This document shows, one piece after another, positions 11,909 through 20,789 of a stretch of DNA of 64,000 bases. Origin of the DNA: Acidimicrobiales bacterium (GTDB taxonomy: Bacteria; Actinomycetota; Acidimicrobiia; Acidimicrobiales; GCA-2861595); contig JBKJNA010000161.1 in the NCBI GenBank assembly GCA_046596195.1, positions 11,311-75,310 on the forward strand, read 5' to 3'. The notes under the pieces are model-generated. The model was not told the origin of the DNA, searched no databases, and saw nothing but the letters and a program-made list of their open reading frames with translations. Both the position numbers and the translations under genes were made by a program. How positions within the stretch are numbered: position 1 is the first letter of the stretch; each line of letters opens with the position of its first letter.

Positions 11909-11942
11909 GTAGCCACCGGATTCCGGTGGCTATTTACTCGGG
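11900..11942. repeat. AT-rich palindrome, copy 3 (variant: CGAGTAAGTAGCCACCGG-ATT-CCGGTGGCTATTTACTCG)
   Basis: Read directly. Same architecture as copies 1 and 2, with one compensatory A:T to G:C pair change and one G:U position. Contains the stop codons of both aat (11906-11908) and the convergent exonuclease gene (11934-11936). Confidence 0.9.
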
Positions 11943-12821
11943 ACGAGTGGCGGAGGCCGTCTCGGCCCGGTCGAGGAGGCCGGGCGCTCGGAGGTGCTCA
12001 CAGACGCCGGCGAAGGCGGGCGTGGGGCCGGTCCAGCGGAGGTCGTCCACGCTCTTCAGGAGCGAGCGGTCGACCCGGAGGGTGGCCAGGTGGCGGAAGA
12101 GGAGGACCAGCTCGAGTTGCTCGCCCAGGGTGTTGGCCAGGCCGCGGGCGCCGCGCACGACCACGTCCCATCGCTCGGCCAGGCGGGGGATGTCCTCGAT
12201 GTGGGGGTAACGGCCGAGGACGGTCGACGCCGCCGTTGCGCCCCAGCCCTTGAGCCCGGGAAAGCCGTCGGCGCTGTCGCCCACCAGGGCCAGCCAGTCC
12301 GGGATCGACTCGGGCCGGACTCCGTACCTGGCGACGATGGCGGCCTCGTCGAGCACCACCTGCCTGCGCCGGTCCAGCTGTACCACCCGCTTGCCGACCA
12401 CGCTCTGGCCGAGGTCCTTGTCGGGCGTGCAGATGATCACCTGCGATACGGCCGGGTCGTCGGCCGCCACCGCCGCGGCTGAGGCGAGGGCGTCGTCCGC
12501 CTCCACCTCCACCATGGCCCAGACCTTCACGCCCATGGCCTCCAGCGCTTCCTCCAGCGGGACGAACTGGGCCAGCAGGTCGGGCTCGACGCCGCTGCCG
12601 TCCTTGTAACCGGCCCACAGCTCGTTGCGGAACGACTCGATCACATGGTCGGTCGCCACGCCCACGTGCGTGGCGCCATCCTCCAGCAGGGTGAGCACCG
12701 ACCACAGTACGCCCCGCATCCCGGCGATGCGGGGCGACGACGCCCGCACCGCGCCCGGCACGCCGTAGTGGTGCCGGAACAGCTCGTAGGTGCCGTCGAT
12801 GAGATGGACCCTCAGACCCAC
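11934..12821 (-). CDS. 5'-3' exonuclease / flap endonuclease (PolA N-terminal domain-like, stand-alone)
   Basis: The last 295 aa of ORF 11934..15062, from an in-frame GTG: VGLRVHLIDGTYELFRHHYG...VATDHVIESFRNE...ICTPDKDLGQ...LVGDSADGFPGLKGWGATAAS (PIN-like plus H3TH motifs). Start coordinate was derived from the ORF track. Confidence 0.85.
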   Translation of the reverse strand: MGLRVHLIDGTYELFRHHYGVPGAVRASSPRIAGMRGVLWSVLTLLEDGATHVGVATDHVIESFRNELWAGYKDGSGVEPDLLAQFVPLEEALEAMGVKVWAMVEVEADDALASAAAVAADDPAVSQVIICTPDKDLGQSVVGKRVVQLDRRRQVVLDEAAIVARYGVRPESIPDWLALVGDSADGFPGLKGWGATAASTVLGRYPHIEDIPRLAERWDVVVRGARGLANTLGEQLELVLLFRHLATLRVDRSLLKSVDDLRWTGPTPAFAGVCEHLRAPGLLDRAETASATRPE

Positions 12822-12974
12822 GGGTGGAGAACTTCCAGGTAGAGCCCGAAAACGCTGGGTCTCGGGGGATCGGGCACACACCACGCTGGCACAAGGGACC
12901 GGCAGGGGGCGGATGGCCGGCGATCTGCGCCGTCGGCCGCGCCCCGGGCGCCTCCTCGTGCCAGAATCGGCGCC

Positions 12975-13493
12975 GTGGAAGAGGGGGCGAACCCGCAGCC
13001 GTCGACGTGGCACCGCTTCCTCGACGGCAAGACCAGCGGCCAGCGGTTGGTGCTCGCCCTGGGCGCACTGGCGGGCGCTCTGCTTGCCATCGGCGCGTTG
13101 ATTGCCGGCATAGGCGCGCTGGTGGGTGACGACGACGGCCCGGCGACGCCGGGGACGTCCACGACCCCGACCGGCGAGACGGTGGTGGAAAGCCAGAGCG
13201 AGGGAGCCGACGCCTTCGTCCGCCAGTTGCTGGCGACGGAGGGTGCTCCGATCCAGCTCAACCACAAGGTGATGGCGCCCGACGCCGATGCCCACTTCCG
13301 GCTGGAGTACGACTGCGCCAAGGCGACCGGGTGCAGCTTCACCCGGCTGGAGACGGAAGCCTTCAACGAAGCCCGGATCCCGGGCGGGGTCTGGTTCCGC
13401 GGCTGCTATTCCGTCGTCGGGGACGGAGCCGGCTACGGCGCCGACGACCTCGACCTCGAGTTCACTGAGCAGGGCCCCACCTGCCCGTCGTGA
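12975..13493 (+). CDS. hypothetical membrane-anchored protein
   Basis: 172-aa ORF with strong GC3 bias, one TM helix (LVLALGALAGALLAIGALIAGIGALV) and a Cys-containing C-terminal domain. No family recognised. Confidence 0.5.
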   Translation: MEEGANPQPSTWHRFLDGKTSGQRLVLALGALAGALLAIGALIAGIGALVGDDDGPATPGTSTTPTGETVVESQSEGADAFVRQLLATEGAPIQLNHKVMAPDADAHFRLEYDCAKATGCSFTRLETEAFNEARIPGGVWFRGCYSVVGDGAGYGADDLDLEFTEQGPTCPS

Positions 13494-13559
13494 GCGGCGG
13501 GGACCGGGGAACCGGTCGGCGGGCCCCCTGACGCCACCACGGGGTCCTACCGTGGGCCC

Positions 13560-15116
13560 GTGCTGCTGGCCGAGGTGGTCCGGACGTCCGAGGCGGTGGC
13601 GTCGACACCGTCCCGGTCCGCCAAGGTGGCGGCCCTCGCCGACCTGCTGTGCCGGCTGACGCCGGACGAGGTCACCCCCGCCGTGTCGTTCCTCGCCGGC
13701 CGCCCCCGCCAGGGCAAGATCGGCGTGGGGTGGGCGACCCTGCGGGCGGTGGACCCGCCGCCCGCCCCCGAGCCGTCCGTCGAGGTGCTCGAGCTCGACG
13801 CCGCCGTCACCGCCCTCCAGGCGCCGGCAGGACCGGGGTCGACCGGCGCCCGCCACGCCCTGCTCGGCGACCTGCTGGGGCGGGCCACGACGGCGGAGGC
13901 GGGCTTCATCCGCCGCCTGCTCATGGGCAAGCTGCGCCAGGGCGCCCTGGAAGGGGTGATGGCCGACGCCGTGGCCACCGCCGCCGGGGTGCCGCTCGCC
14001 GCCGTCCGCCGCGCCCGCATGCTCACCGGGGACCTGGCCCTCGTGGCGGCGGTGGGGCTGACCGAGGGCGGGGCCGGCCTGTCCGCCATCGGTCTGGAGG
14101 TGCTCCGGCCGGTGTCGCCCATGCTCGCCTCCACGGCCAGGGACGTGGCATCCGCCCTCGGCGGGCTCGGTCTGTGCTCGGTGGAGTGGAAGCTCGACGG
14201 CGCCCGCATCCAGGCCCACCGCAAGGGCGGCGAGGTGCGGCTGTTCACCCGCAATCTCAACGATGTCACTTCCCGCCTGCCCGCAGTGGTCGACCTGCTC
14301 CTCGCCCTGCCACTCGACTCGGTGGTGCTCGACGGTGAGATCCTCGGCGCCGGCGACGAGGGCCCCGAGGCGTTCCAGGACACCATGAGCAGTTTCGGCC
14401 GGCGCAGCGGCCCCCCGGGGCGGGCCACCCTCGGCGTGTGGTTCTTCGACTGCCTGCACCTCGACGGCGTCGACCTCCTCGATCGGCCCCTCACCGAGCG
14501 CGCCGCCGCCCTCGACCGCACGGAGGCACCCCGGGTGCCGTCCGTGCAGACCGACGACGTGGCCGAGGCGGAGCGGTTCCAGGCCGAGGCCCTGGGGGCG
14601 GGCCACGAAGGGGTGATGGTGAAGGCCGGTACATCGGCCTACGAGGCGGGGCGCCGGGGCGCCGTATGGCGCAAGGTGAAGCCGGTTCACACCCTCGACC
14701 TGGTGGTGCTGGGCGCCGAGTGGGGCAGCGGCCGGCGGCGGGGCCGGCTGTCGAACCTGCACCTCGGCGCCCGCGACCCGGCAGGCGGCTTCGTGATGGT
14801 GGGCAAGACATTCAAGGGCCTCACCGACGCCCTGCTGGCGTGGCAGACGGAGCAGTTCCTGGCCCGGGAGTCGGGCCGCCACGACCACGTGGTCGAGATC
14901 GACCCGCCCCTCGTGTTGGAGATCGCCCTCGACGGCGTGCTGTTGTCCACCCGCTACCCGGGCGGCGTGTCCCTCCGGTTCGCCCGGGTCCGCCGGTACC
15001 GTGACGACAAGGCCCCGGCCGAGGCCGACACCATCGACGCCGTGCGGGCGCTCGGCCACCACCTTGTCAGCCAGCGTCGGGAACGTCCGCCGCCGGAACC
15101 TCCACCAGCTCGATGA
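13560..15116 (+). CDS. ATP-dependent DNA ligase
   Basis: 518-aa ORF with the adenylation motif I context SVEWKLDGARIQAH (KxDG) and later motifs (LDGEIL, FDCLHLDG, EGVMVK, WRKVK). C-terminal OB-fold region. The 3' end overlaps the convergent epimerase gene by 50 nt. Confidence 0.92.
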   Translation: MLLAEVVRTSEAVASTPSRSAKVAALADLLCRLTPDEVTPAVSFLAGRPRQGKIGVGWATLRAVDPPPAPEPSVEVLELDAAVTALQAPAGPGSTGARHALLGDLLGRATTAEAGFIRRLLMGKLRQGALEGVMADAVATAAGVPLAAVRRARMLTGDLALVAAVGLTEGGAGLSAIGLEVLRPVSPMLASTARDVASALGGLGLCSVEWKLDGARIQAHRKGGEVRLFTRNLNDVTSRLPAVVDLLLALPLDSVVLDGEILGAGDEGPEAFQDTMSSFGRRSGPPGRATLGVWFFDCLHLDGVDLLDRPLTERAAALDRTEAPRVPSVQTDDVAEAERFQAEALGAGHEGVMVKAGTSAYEAGRRGAVWRKVKPVHTLDLVVLGAEWGSGRRRGRLSNLHLGARDPAGGFVMVGKTFKGLTDALLAWQTEQFLARESGRHDHVVEIDPPLVLEIALDGVLLSTRYPGGVSLRFARVRRYRDDKAPAEADTIDAVRALGHHLVSQRRERPPPEPPPAR

Positions 15117-15510
15117 GCGTGCCGAACGCCCCGGTGGGATGGAGGAAGGCGACCGTGGTGCCCCGGCTGCCGGTTCGGGGATGCTCGTCCACCACCCGCG
15201 CGCCGGCGTCGCGCACCGCGTGCAGCGCGCCGGCGCAGTCGTCCACCCGGTAGCCCACGTGGTGCACGCCCTCGCCCCGGCGCTCCAGGTGGCGGGCCAG
15301 CGGCGACGTGTCGGTGAACGGCGTCAGCAGCTGGATGAACGACGTCCCGACTGCGAGGAGGGCCTCGTCGACCCCGTCGGACCCGATGCGCTCCCGCCGG
15401 ACCACCGAGGCGCCGAAGGTGCGCTCGTACCAGGCCACGGCGGCGTCGAGGTCCCGGACGGCGATGCCGACGTGGTCGATGTCGGTGAGCAGGCCGGGCA
15501 CCGCTTCCAC
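15067..15510 (-). CDS. mce: methylmalonyl-CoA epimerase (VOC/glyoxalase fold)
   Basis: 147-aa ORF reading ..IDHVGIAVRDLDAAVAWYERTFG...GVHHVGYRVDD...AFLHP....GTLIELVE, typical of methylmalonyl-CoA epimerases. Confidence 0.85.
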   Translation of the reverse strand: MEAVPGLLTDIDHVGIAVRDLDAAVAWYERTFGASVVRRERIGSDGVDEALLAVGTSFIQLLTPFTDTSPLARHLERRGEGVHHVGYRVDDCAGALHAVRDAGARVVDEHPRTGSRGTTVAFLHPTGAFGTLIELVEVPAADVPDAG

Positions 15511-15519
15511 CGCTGCACG

Positions 15520-16737
15520 CTATCAACGGGACCACCCTGGAACCGCCGCCACCGACCTCGTTGTCGGCGACGGGGTTCCCGGATTCCGTCGTGCGTAGGA
15601 AAGGTGTCGGGTACCCAGGGGCGCAGGTTGAGGTTCCGGGGCACCTTCAGCCCGATCAGGCCATGCCCCGTCTGGCCCGCGCACCCGGTTCACCACCGTG
15701 CGTAGGATTGGGTAGTGCCCGGTTCGCTGGTCGTCGCAGGGGCCCCGGACGCCGATCGGCAGTGCTCGCCTCGTACTGCGGCGCGGCGCGCTTCGCCTAC
15801 AACTGGGCGCTGGCCGAAGTGAAGGCCAACCTGGACACCCGGGCGGCGGAGCGGGCAGCCGGTGCAGGCGAGGGCGAGCCGACACCGTCGTTGTCGTGGT
15901 CCGCGTACGCGTTGAGCAAGCGGTGGAACTCCGTCAAGGGAGACGTGGCCCCGTGGTGGCGGGAAGTCTCGATGCACGCATTTCGTTCCGGCATCAACGC
16001 CTGCGCCGCTGCGCTGAAGAACTGGTCGGAGTCAAACGGCGGCACCCGCAAAGCGGGGCTCGAAGAACCACGCCCGCATCAGACGGCGCCGATCGCGCCT
16101 GCACGGCGCGATCGTCCAGACCAGGTCCTTGCACCTGCACCGCCTCACCCGCAAGCTTGCCGGCCGCTTCGACACCGTCGTGGTCGAGGACCTCGCTGTG
16201 GCCGCCATGGCCAACCGCAAGCGGCATCTCGGGCGGTCCCTGGCCGACGCCGCTCTCGCCGAGCTGCGCCGCCAACTCGCCTACAAGACCCCCGAGCACG
16301 GCCACGGCATGGTCGTGGCCGGCCGGTGGTTCCCCTCCTCGAAGACCTGTTCGTCCTGCGGCTCGGTGAAAGCCAAACTAGAGCTGTGGGAACGGACCTT
16401 CACCTGCGACACCTGCGGTCTGGTCCTGGACCGTGACACCAATGCGGCCCTCACGTTGGAACGTGAGGGCCGCAGGATCTTGCAACAAGCAGTACAGCTC
16501 GCCGGGTTACGACCGGAGAGTGGAAACGGTGACCCGAGACCGGGTAAGACCACGGTCCATCGTCAGATGGGTGCAGTTGCGGCGCTGGTCGCTTGAGGGC
16601 ACAACCCCGCATCCAGGTTCCTCACCACCTCGGTGAGTGCTTGGTGTCAGACGGGGACGGGGCGCTGGAAACGGCGCCCAGTCGGCACCAGGGTAGGACG
16701 AGGTTGTCAACCTCTCGTCTCACCTTGCTGTCGCAAC
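15520..16737 (+). mobile_element. decayed IS200/IS605-family element (no tnpA); extent approximate
   Basis: The whole interval between mce and the downstream lipoprotein gene is occupied by the TnpB remnant plus flanking non-coding DNA. The 3' flank (16597-16737) contains several short stem-loops. Confidence 0.4.
15700..16596 (+). pseudogene. tnpB: TnpB (IS200/IS605 OrfB-type RNA-guided nuclease) remnant: frameshifted and internally deleted
   Basis: The N-terminal piece (frame of ORF 15561..16436) reads ..YCGAARFAYNWALAEVKANL...SKRWNSVKGDVAPWWREVS..GINACAAALKNW. The C-terminal piece (frame of ORF 16129..16596) reads ..LHLHRLTRKLAGRFDTVVVEDLAVAAM...LGRSLADAALAELRRQLAYK...SSKTCSSCG...FTCDTCGLVLDRDTNAA. 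The roughly 150-aa segment that normally lies between them (including RuvC-I) is missing. Confidence 0.75.
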
Positions 16738-18255
16738 TTAGTCGACGGTGAGCTTCACCTCGAACCGGTTGAAGCCGCCGTCGCGGGCGACCTTGACGCC
16801 GAACGCCGACAGCGGCTCGAGGTTGGGCTTCACGTCCTTCTCGTAGTCGGCCAGGTCGACACCGAAGCCTTCGGCCGCCTTCTCGATGGCCTCCCGGATG
16901 GGGTCGATGATCAACACGACCTGCCCTGTGGTGCCGGAGCCGTTCTTGCCGATCAGGGTCTCGTACGTGTCGTTGGAACCGAGGCCGGGTGTGGCCGCCT
17001 TGGCCAGGTCGCCCAGGTAGGCGGGCGAGTTGGCCAGCACGAACCGGTCGGGGTACAGCGCCATGGCGGGCTGGATGCCCTCGGCGAAGGGCTCCGGCAC
17101 CAGGTAGGCGGTGGCGCCGCCGATCTCGCGCTCCTCGAGCGCAATGCCCTGGTCCTCCAGCGCCTGGCGGATCTTCTCGATGCCGGCCGCCGCCTTCGCC
17201 TTGTCGGTCGGCCCGACCACGAAGGCGAAGTCCGGGAACTGCTGGCCTGAGCGGACGGAGCCGACGGTGATCACCACCTCGCCCTTCATCCACGACAGCA
17301 CGTCTTCCTCGAGCTTGATGCCGGTGCTGTCCTCGATCTCGGCCAGGAAGTCGGTGCCGCCGACGCCGCCGAGGTCCTTGAGCCCCTTGGTGGCGCCGTC
17401 GCCCGCATTGAAGCCGGTGAAGGCGGCCAGGGTGTTGGCAGGGAGGCTGCGGGTCAGCTCGAAGGTGGAGCCCTTGCCTTCACCCGACGCCTCGGCCACG
17501 CCCTGGAACACCAACGCCTTGGCCTCGACGTGCATGTCGAAGGCGATGGAGCCCTTGCCGCCGAGGCCCTTCAGGAACCCGGCGTCGTCGAGCCCCCCCA
17601 GGTCCTCGGCCACGTCGAGGGAAGCCTTGGAGTCGATCCAGCCGAGGAGCAGCCGATCGCCGGCCAGTTCGTCGACCACCTTGGTGAACGAGGCCGCCTT
17701 GGCCAGGCCGCCGTCGTCCTTCTTGGCCTGGGCGCTGATCAGGTCGAGCGCCCGCTTGTCGTCCGCATGGTCGTCCTGGTCGGAGATGACGACGAAGTCG
17801 TCGACCACCGCGTACTCGCCCTCGAAGTCGCCGGCCTTGGTGGCCTTGGCGATCGCCGCCTCCGCCTTGGCCTTGTCCTCGGTCTGCACCAGGGCGAGGA
17901 TCAGCGGGTTGTCCGAGTCGCCCGGCGGGAGGACGACGACGGCCGCCTCCTTGCCCAACCAGGGCTTGACGTCCTTGGCGTAGTCGAGCCCGCTGGATTC
18001 GAGGACGTTCTCGAGGACCTCGTCGCGGGTGTTCTCGAACTCGCCCTTCACCTTGTCGCTGGCGTCGGGGAAGCGCCGGGCGATGCTGAGGAGGTTGCGC
18101 TTCTGCTCGATCGACGGGCTCAGGTTCACGCTGAAGAACGCCAGGGCGGTGGGAGGCGTGATGCCAGCCGCCCGGGCCTTCTCGTCGGTCTTCTTGCCGC
18201 ACGCGGGCAGCACCAGGAGCGAGGCTCCGAGCACCAGGGCAGCGAATCGTCTCAT
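16738..18255 (-). CDS. DUF3352-like lipoprotein
   Basis: ATG 18255 gives MRRFAALVLGASLLVLPACG (signal peptide plus lipobox). Long Ala/Lys/Asp-rich extracytoplasmic protein with the ..AFFSVNLSPSIEQKRNLLSIARRFP.. region that I recall from DUF3352 family members. Confidence 0.7.
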   Translation of the reverse strand: MRRFAALVLGASLLVLPACGKKTDEKARAAGITPPTALAFFSVNLSPSIEQKRNLLSIARRFPDASDKVKGEFENTRDEVLENVLESSGLDYAKDVKPWLGKEAAVVVLPPGDSDNPLILALVQTEDKAKAEAAIAKATKAGDFEGEYAVVDDFVVISDQDDHADDKRALDLISAQAKKDDGGLAKAASFTKVVDELAGDRLLLGWIDSKASLDVAEDLGGLDDAGFLKGLGGKGSIAFDMHVEAKALVFQGVAEASGEGKGSTFELTRSLPANTLAAFTGFNAGDGATKGLKDLGGVGGTDFLAEIEDSTGIKLEEDVLSWMKGEVVITVGSVRSGQQFPDFAFVVGPTDKAKAAAGIEKIRQALEDQGIALEEREIGGATAYLVPEPFAEGIQPAMALYPDRFVLANSPAYLGDLAKAATPGLGSNDTYETLIGKNGSGTTGQVVLIIDPIREAIEKAAEGFGVDLADYEKDVKPNLEPLSAFGVKVARDGGFNRFEVKLTVD

Positions 18256-19154
18256 CGTGGCGACCATCCGATCCGGCGACGAGGCGTCACCGAGCAGGGA
18301 AACTCTACGGGGTGGTGGTGGAGGGTGCGGGCGTGACTCGGGTGGAGCCCGGCGCGGTGGCGGGCACCCCGTCGGGCGCCTCGAGCGGCGAACTGGTCGG
18401 AGGGAGTACCGGCAGCGGCAGCGGAGACCTCCATCTCGCAGATCTCCGACGGGGCGCCGGCCGGCGGCAACGCGTCGGCGGGCAGTTCCCCCTCTACAAA
18501 GGTGCAACCGGTGTTGGGTGCATACCCGAACGAGCCGTCGTCGCTCGGGCCGAGGAAGCCGGCGAGGAAAATTCTGGCGAACGGGCTGAGAATGCTGGCC
18601 GCGATCGAAGGTCCCGATTCCTCGAGGCCGGCTTCGAGCTCGCTGCGGTCGAGCGCCCGCCGAGTGTCGAGGGTGCCGTCGAAATAGGTGGCCACGGGGC
18701 TGAAGTACCAGGAGCCTTCGTGGCGGATGAGGGTGAGCGTCGTGCCGGCGAACGGCGTCCCGGCCAGGGGGCCGAGGTCCTCGTCGTCCGAGCAGAAGCT
18801 GAACAGCTCCTCACCGGTCGTCTCGTACCTGGCGCGCTTCCCGTCGTAGGAAAAGCTTTGGGGACCGCCGCCCGTGGTGATGTCCACCCTGAGCCGGTCG
18901 ATGGTGACGTGGGCCTCGTTCCCGGACTCCTCGGTGGACAGTTCGAGCTCGGACACCGCTGCGGCCACGCCGCTGCTGCGCACGTCGTCCGCCGCATCCT
19001 CGGCCTGGTCGAGGAAAAGGGAGGCGTACGCGTGGAGCGGCGCCGCCTCGCCCGGTGCGGTGAGCTCCACCAGGCGGCGGGCGTCGAGGGCGGCGCCCGC
19101 CCGGGCCAGCTCGCGCACGGCCGCTTCGGGGGTGGCCTCGCCGCGGGGCTTCAC
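18252..19154 (-). CDS. hypothetical protein (translationally coupled on both sides)
   Basis: 300-aa ORF. Its GTG start overlaps the upstream stop (GTGA) and its stop overlaps the downstream ATG (ATGA). The N-terminal module ..TPEAAVRELA.. echoes ..TPEDAVRKLV.. of the upstream protein. Confidence 0.6.
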   Translation of the reverse strand: MKPRGEATPEAAVRELARAGAALDARRLVELTAPGEAAPLHAYASLFLDQAEDAADDVRSSGVAAAVSELELSTEESGNEAHVTIDRLRVDITTGGGPQSFSYDGKRARYETTGEELFSFCSDDEDLGPLAGTPFAGTTLTLIRHEGSWYFSPVATYFDGTLDTRRALDRSELEAGLEESGPSIAASILSPFARIFLAGFLGPSDDGSFGYAPNTGCTFVEGELPADALPPAGAPSEICEMEVSAAAAGTPSDQFAARGARRGARHRAGLHPSHARTLHHHPVEFPCSVTPRRRIGWSPR

Positions 19155-19711
19155 GGCCCTACAGCGATGTCGGCGCCCGGTACCTGGCCCAGGTCGATCT
19201 TGTCGTCGAGGATGCCGAGCCGGCCGAGCTCGCCGGCGAGGTCGACCACTCGATCGCGCAGCACCTCCCGTTCGGCCGGCACCAGTGCTTCAAGGGCGCC
19301 GAGCATGTCCTTGGCCGCCACTGCGTCGACGAGCTTGCGCACCGCGTCCTCCGGCGTGGCTGTGCCGCCGCTGCTGGTGAGGTTTGCCAGGGCGAGGACG
19401 CCGGCCACCAGGGCGACGGCCAGGCCGGCGGCGACGGCCACCTTGGCGCCGCGTCTGGGGCGGTCGGGGCCAGAGGCGGGCGGGGCTGGGACGTACGGCC
19501 CGAGGTCGTCCTCGGTGGGGTCGGCCGCAGCGGGGCCGGCGTCGGGCCCCGGATCGTGCTCGGTGTGGTCGGCGGCAGCGGGTTCGGTGGCGCCGGCGTC
19601 GGGATCGTGCTCGGCGCGGTCGGCTGCAGCGGGGTGGGTGTTGCCGGTAGCGGCATCAGGCGTGGGACGGTCGGGGCCAGCTTCGCCTTCGGTGTCGGCT
19701 GCCTCGGTCAT
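19151..19711 (-). CDS. hypothetical membrane-anchored protein with an acidic, Pro/Asp-rich repetitive N-terminus
   Basis: ATG 19711 (MTEAADTEGE...). Imperfect repeats AAAD..EHDP..DAG, then a TM helix (VAVAAGLAVALVAGVLALA) and a globular C-terminal part. Good GC3 bias. Confidence 0.6.
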   Translation of the reverse strand: MTEAADTEGEAGPDRPTPDAATGNTHPAAADRAEHDPDAGATEPAAADHTEHDPGPDAGPAAADPTEDDLGPYVPAPPASGPDRPRRGAKVAVAAGLAVALVAGVLALANLTSSGGTATPEDAVRKLVDAVAAKDMLGALEALVPAEREVLRDRVVDLAGELGRLGILDDKIDLGQVPGADIAVGP

Positions 19712-20103
19712 GGGCACCTCCCCCGTCTCTGGGCGCCGAGTTGGCACCCGAGCACCACGGCTCCCACGAGCGACACGCCCCCGGAGGCCGCGGCCAGGTG
19801 GGCGCCGGCCTCGACCTGGAGCGGGGCTGCCCGCACCAGGACCCATGCCGCCTCGGCCACCAGGCCGGTCAACGCACCCAGGGTACAGACCGCAGCGGGC
19901 CGGGCCGCGAATGCGGCCGCCCAGGCGCCGGCGGCGAGAACGGGAGCGAACAGGAAGGCGATCAGCACCACACGCAGGGCGCCGGTGTCACCGAGCCCCA
20001 GCCGGTGGACCGTTCCCGCCAGCGCCCATCCCGTCCGCATCGTGCGGCCCGTGGTGGCCCAGGGGAGGTGGGCGGCAGCCGCCACGCCGATGGCGCCGGC
20101 CAC
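19708..20103 (-). CDS. hypothetical polytopic membrane protein
   Basis: 131-aa ORF (GTG 20103) with 3-4 hydrophobic segments. Its stop overlaps the next start (ATGA). Confidence 0.5.
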   Translation of the reverse strand: MAGAIGVAAAAHLPWATTGRTMRTGWALAGTVHRLGLGDTGALRVVLIAFLFAPVLAAGAWAAAFAARPAAVCTLGALTGLVAEAAWVLVRAAPLQVEAGAHLAAASGGVSLVGAVVLGCQLGAQRRGRCP

Positions 20104-20171
20104 CGTGGCGGCGGTGGCGCGGGTGGCCGGCCTCCCCGTCGTCGGGCAGGGGCCACCGGCCGGCGCAGCCG

Positions 20172-20786
20172 CTACGCCCCCACCTCGCGACGTCCCGACA
20201 GGGCCCGCCCGAGGGTGAGCTCGTCGGCGTACTCCAGGTCGCCGCCCACCGGCAGGCCACTGGCGATACGGGTGACCCGCAGGCCGAGGGGGACGAGGAG
20301 GCGGGCCAGGTACATGGCCGTGGCCTCACCCTCGATGTTGGGGTTGGTGCACAGGATCACCTCGGTGACGCCCTCGGGCTCGAGGCGGGCCAGCAGCTCG
20401 CGCACCCGCAGCTGCTCGGGCCCGATGCCCTCGATAGGGCTGATTGCCCCCTGGAGGACGTGGTAGCGGCCCCGGTACTCCTGGGTCTTCTCCACTGCCA
20501 CGATGTCGCGGGGCTCCTCCACCACGCACAACACGGTGCTGTCACGGTGGTCGTCGGTGCAGATGCCACACTCGGCCTCGCCGTCCGGCGGCACCTCGGC
20601 CACGTTGAAGCACCGCGAGCAGAACGCCACCCGGTCCTTCACCTCGGTGATGGCGGTGGCCAGGCGCAGGGCGTCGACCTTGGCCAGCTTCAGCAGGTGG
20701 AAGGCGATGCGCTGGGCCGACTTCGGACCGACGCCCGGCAGGCGGCCGAGCTCCTCGATGAGGTCCTGGACGGGGCCGGCGTACAT
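20172..20786 (-). CDS. recR: recombination protein RecR
   Basis: 204-aa ORF: [32 protein letters not shown], a C4 zinc finger (CSRCFNV...CGIC) and a Toprim region. Confidence 0.95.
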   Translation of the reverse strand: MYAGPVQDLIEELGRLPGVGPKSAQRIAFHLLKLAKVDALRLATAITEVKDRVAFCSRCFNVAEVPPDGEAECGICTDDHRDSTVLCVVEEPRDIVAVEKTQEYRGRYHVLQGAISPIEGIGPEQLRVRELLARLEPEGVTEVILCTNPNIEGEATAMYLARLLVPLGLRVTRIASGLPVGGDLEYADELTLGRALSGRREVGA

Positions 20787-20789
20787 GCC

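Noticed and set aside
12781-12960. Apparent 1-nt disagreement between my manual base counting of the printed rows and the ORF-track coordinates and translations in this interval. Taken at face value it would imply a frameshift in the 5'-3' exonuclease gene.
   Set aside because: The ORF track reads straight through on both strands, and my counting agrees with the track again from 12961 onward. It is most likely my transcription error. Coordinates here were taken from the ORF track.
15067-15116. 50-nt convergent overlap of the DNA ligase and epimerase 3' ends as a sign of mis-annotation or antisense regulation.
   Set aside because: Both reading frames are well supported up to their stops. The ligase tail is Pro/Arg-rich and may simply be an unconstrained extension. 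There is no further evidence.
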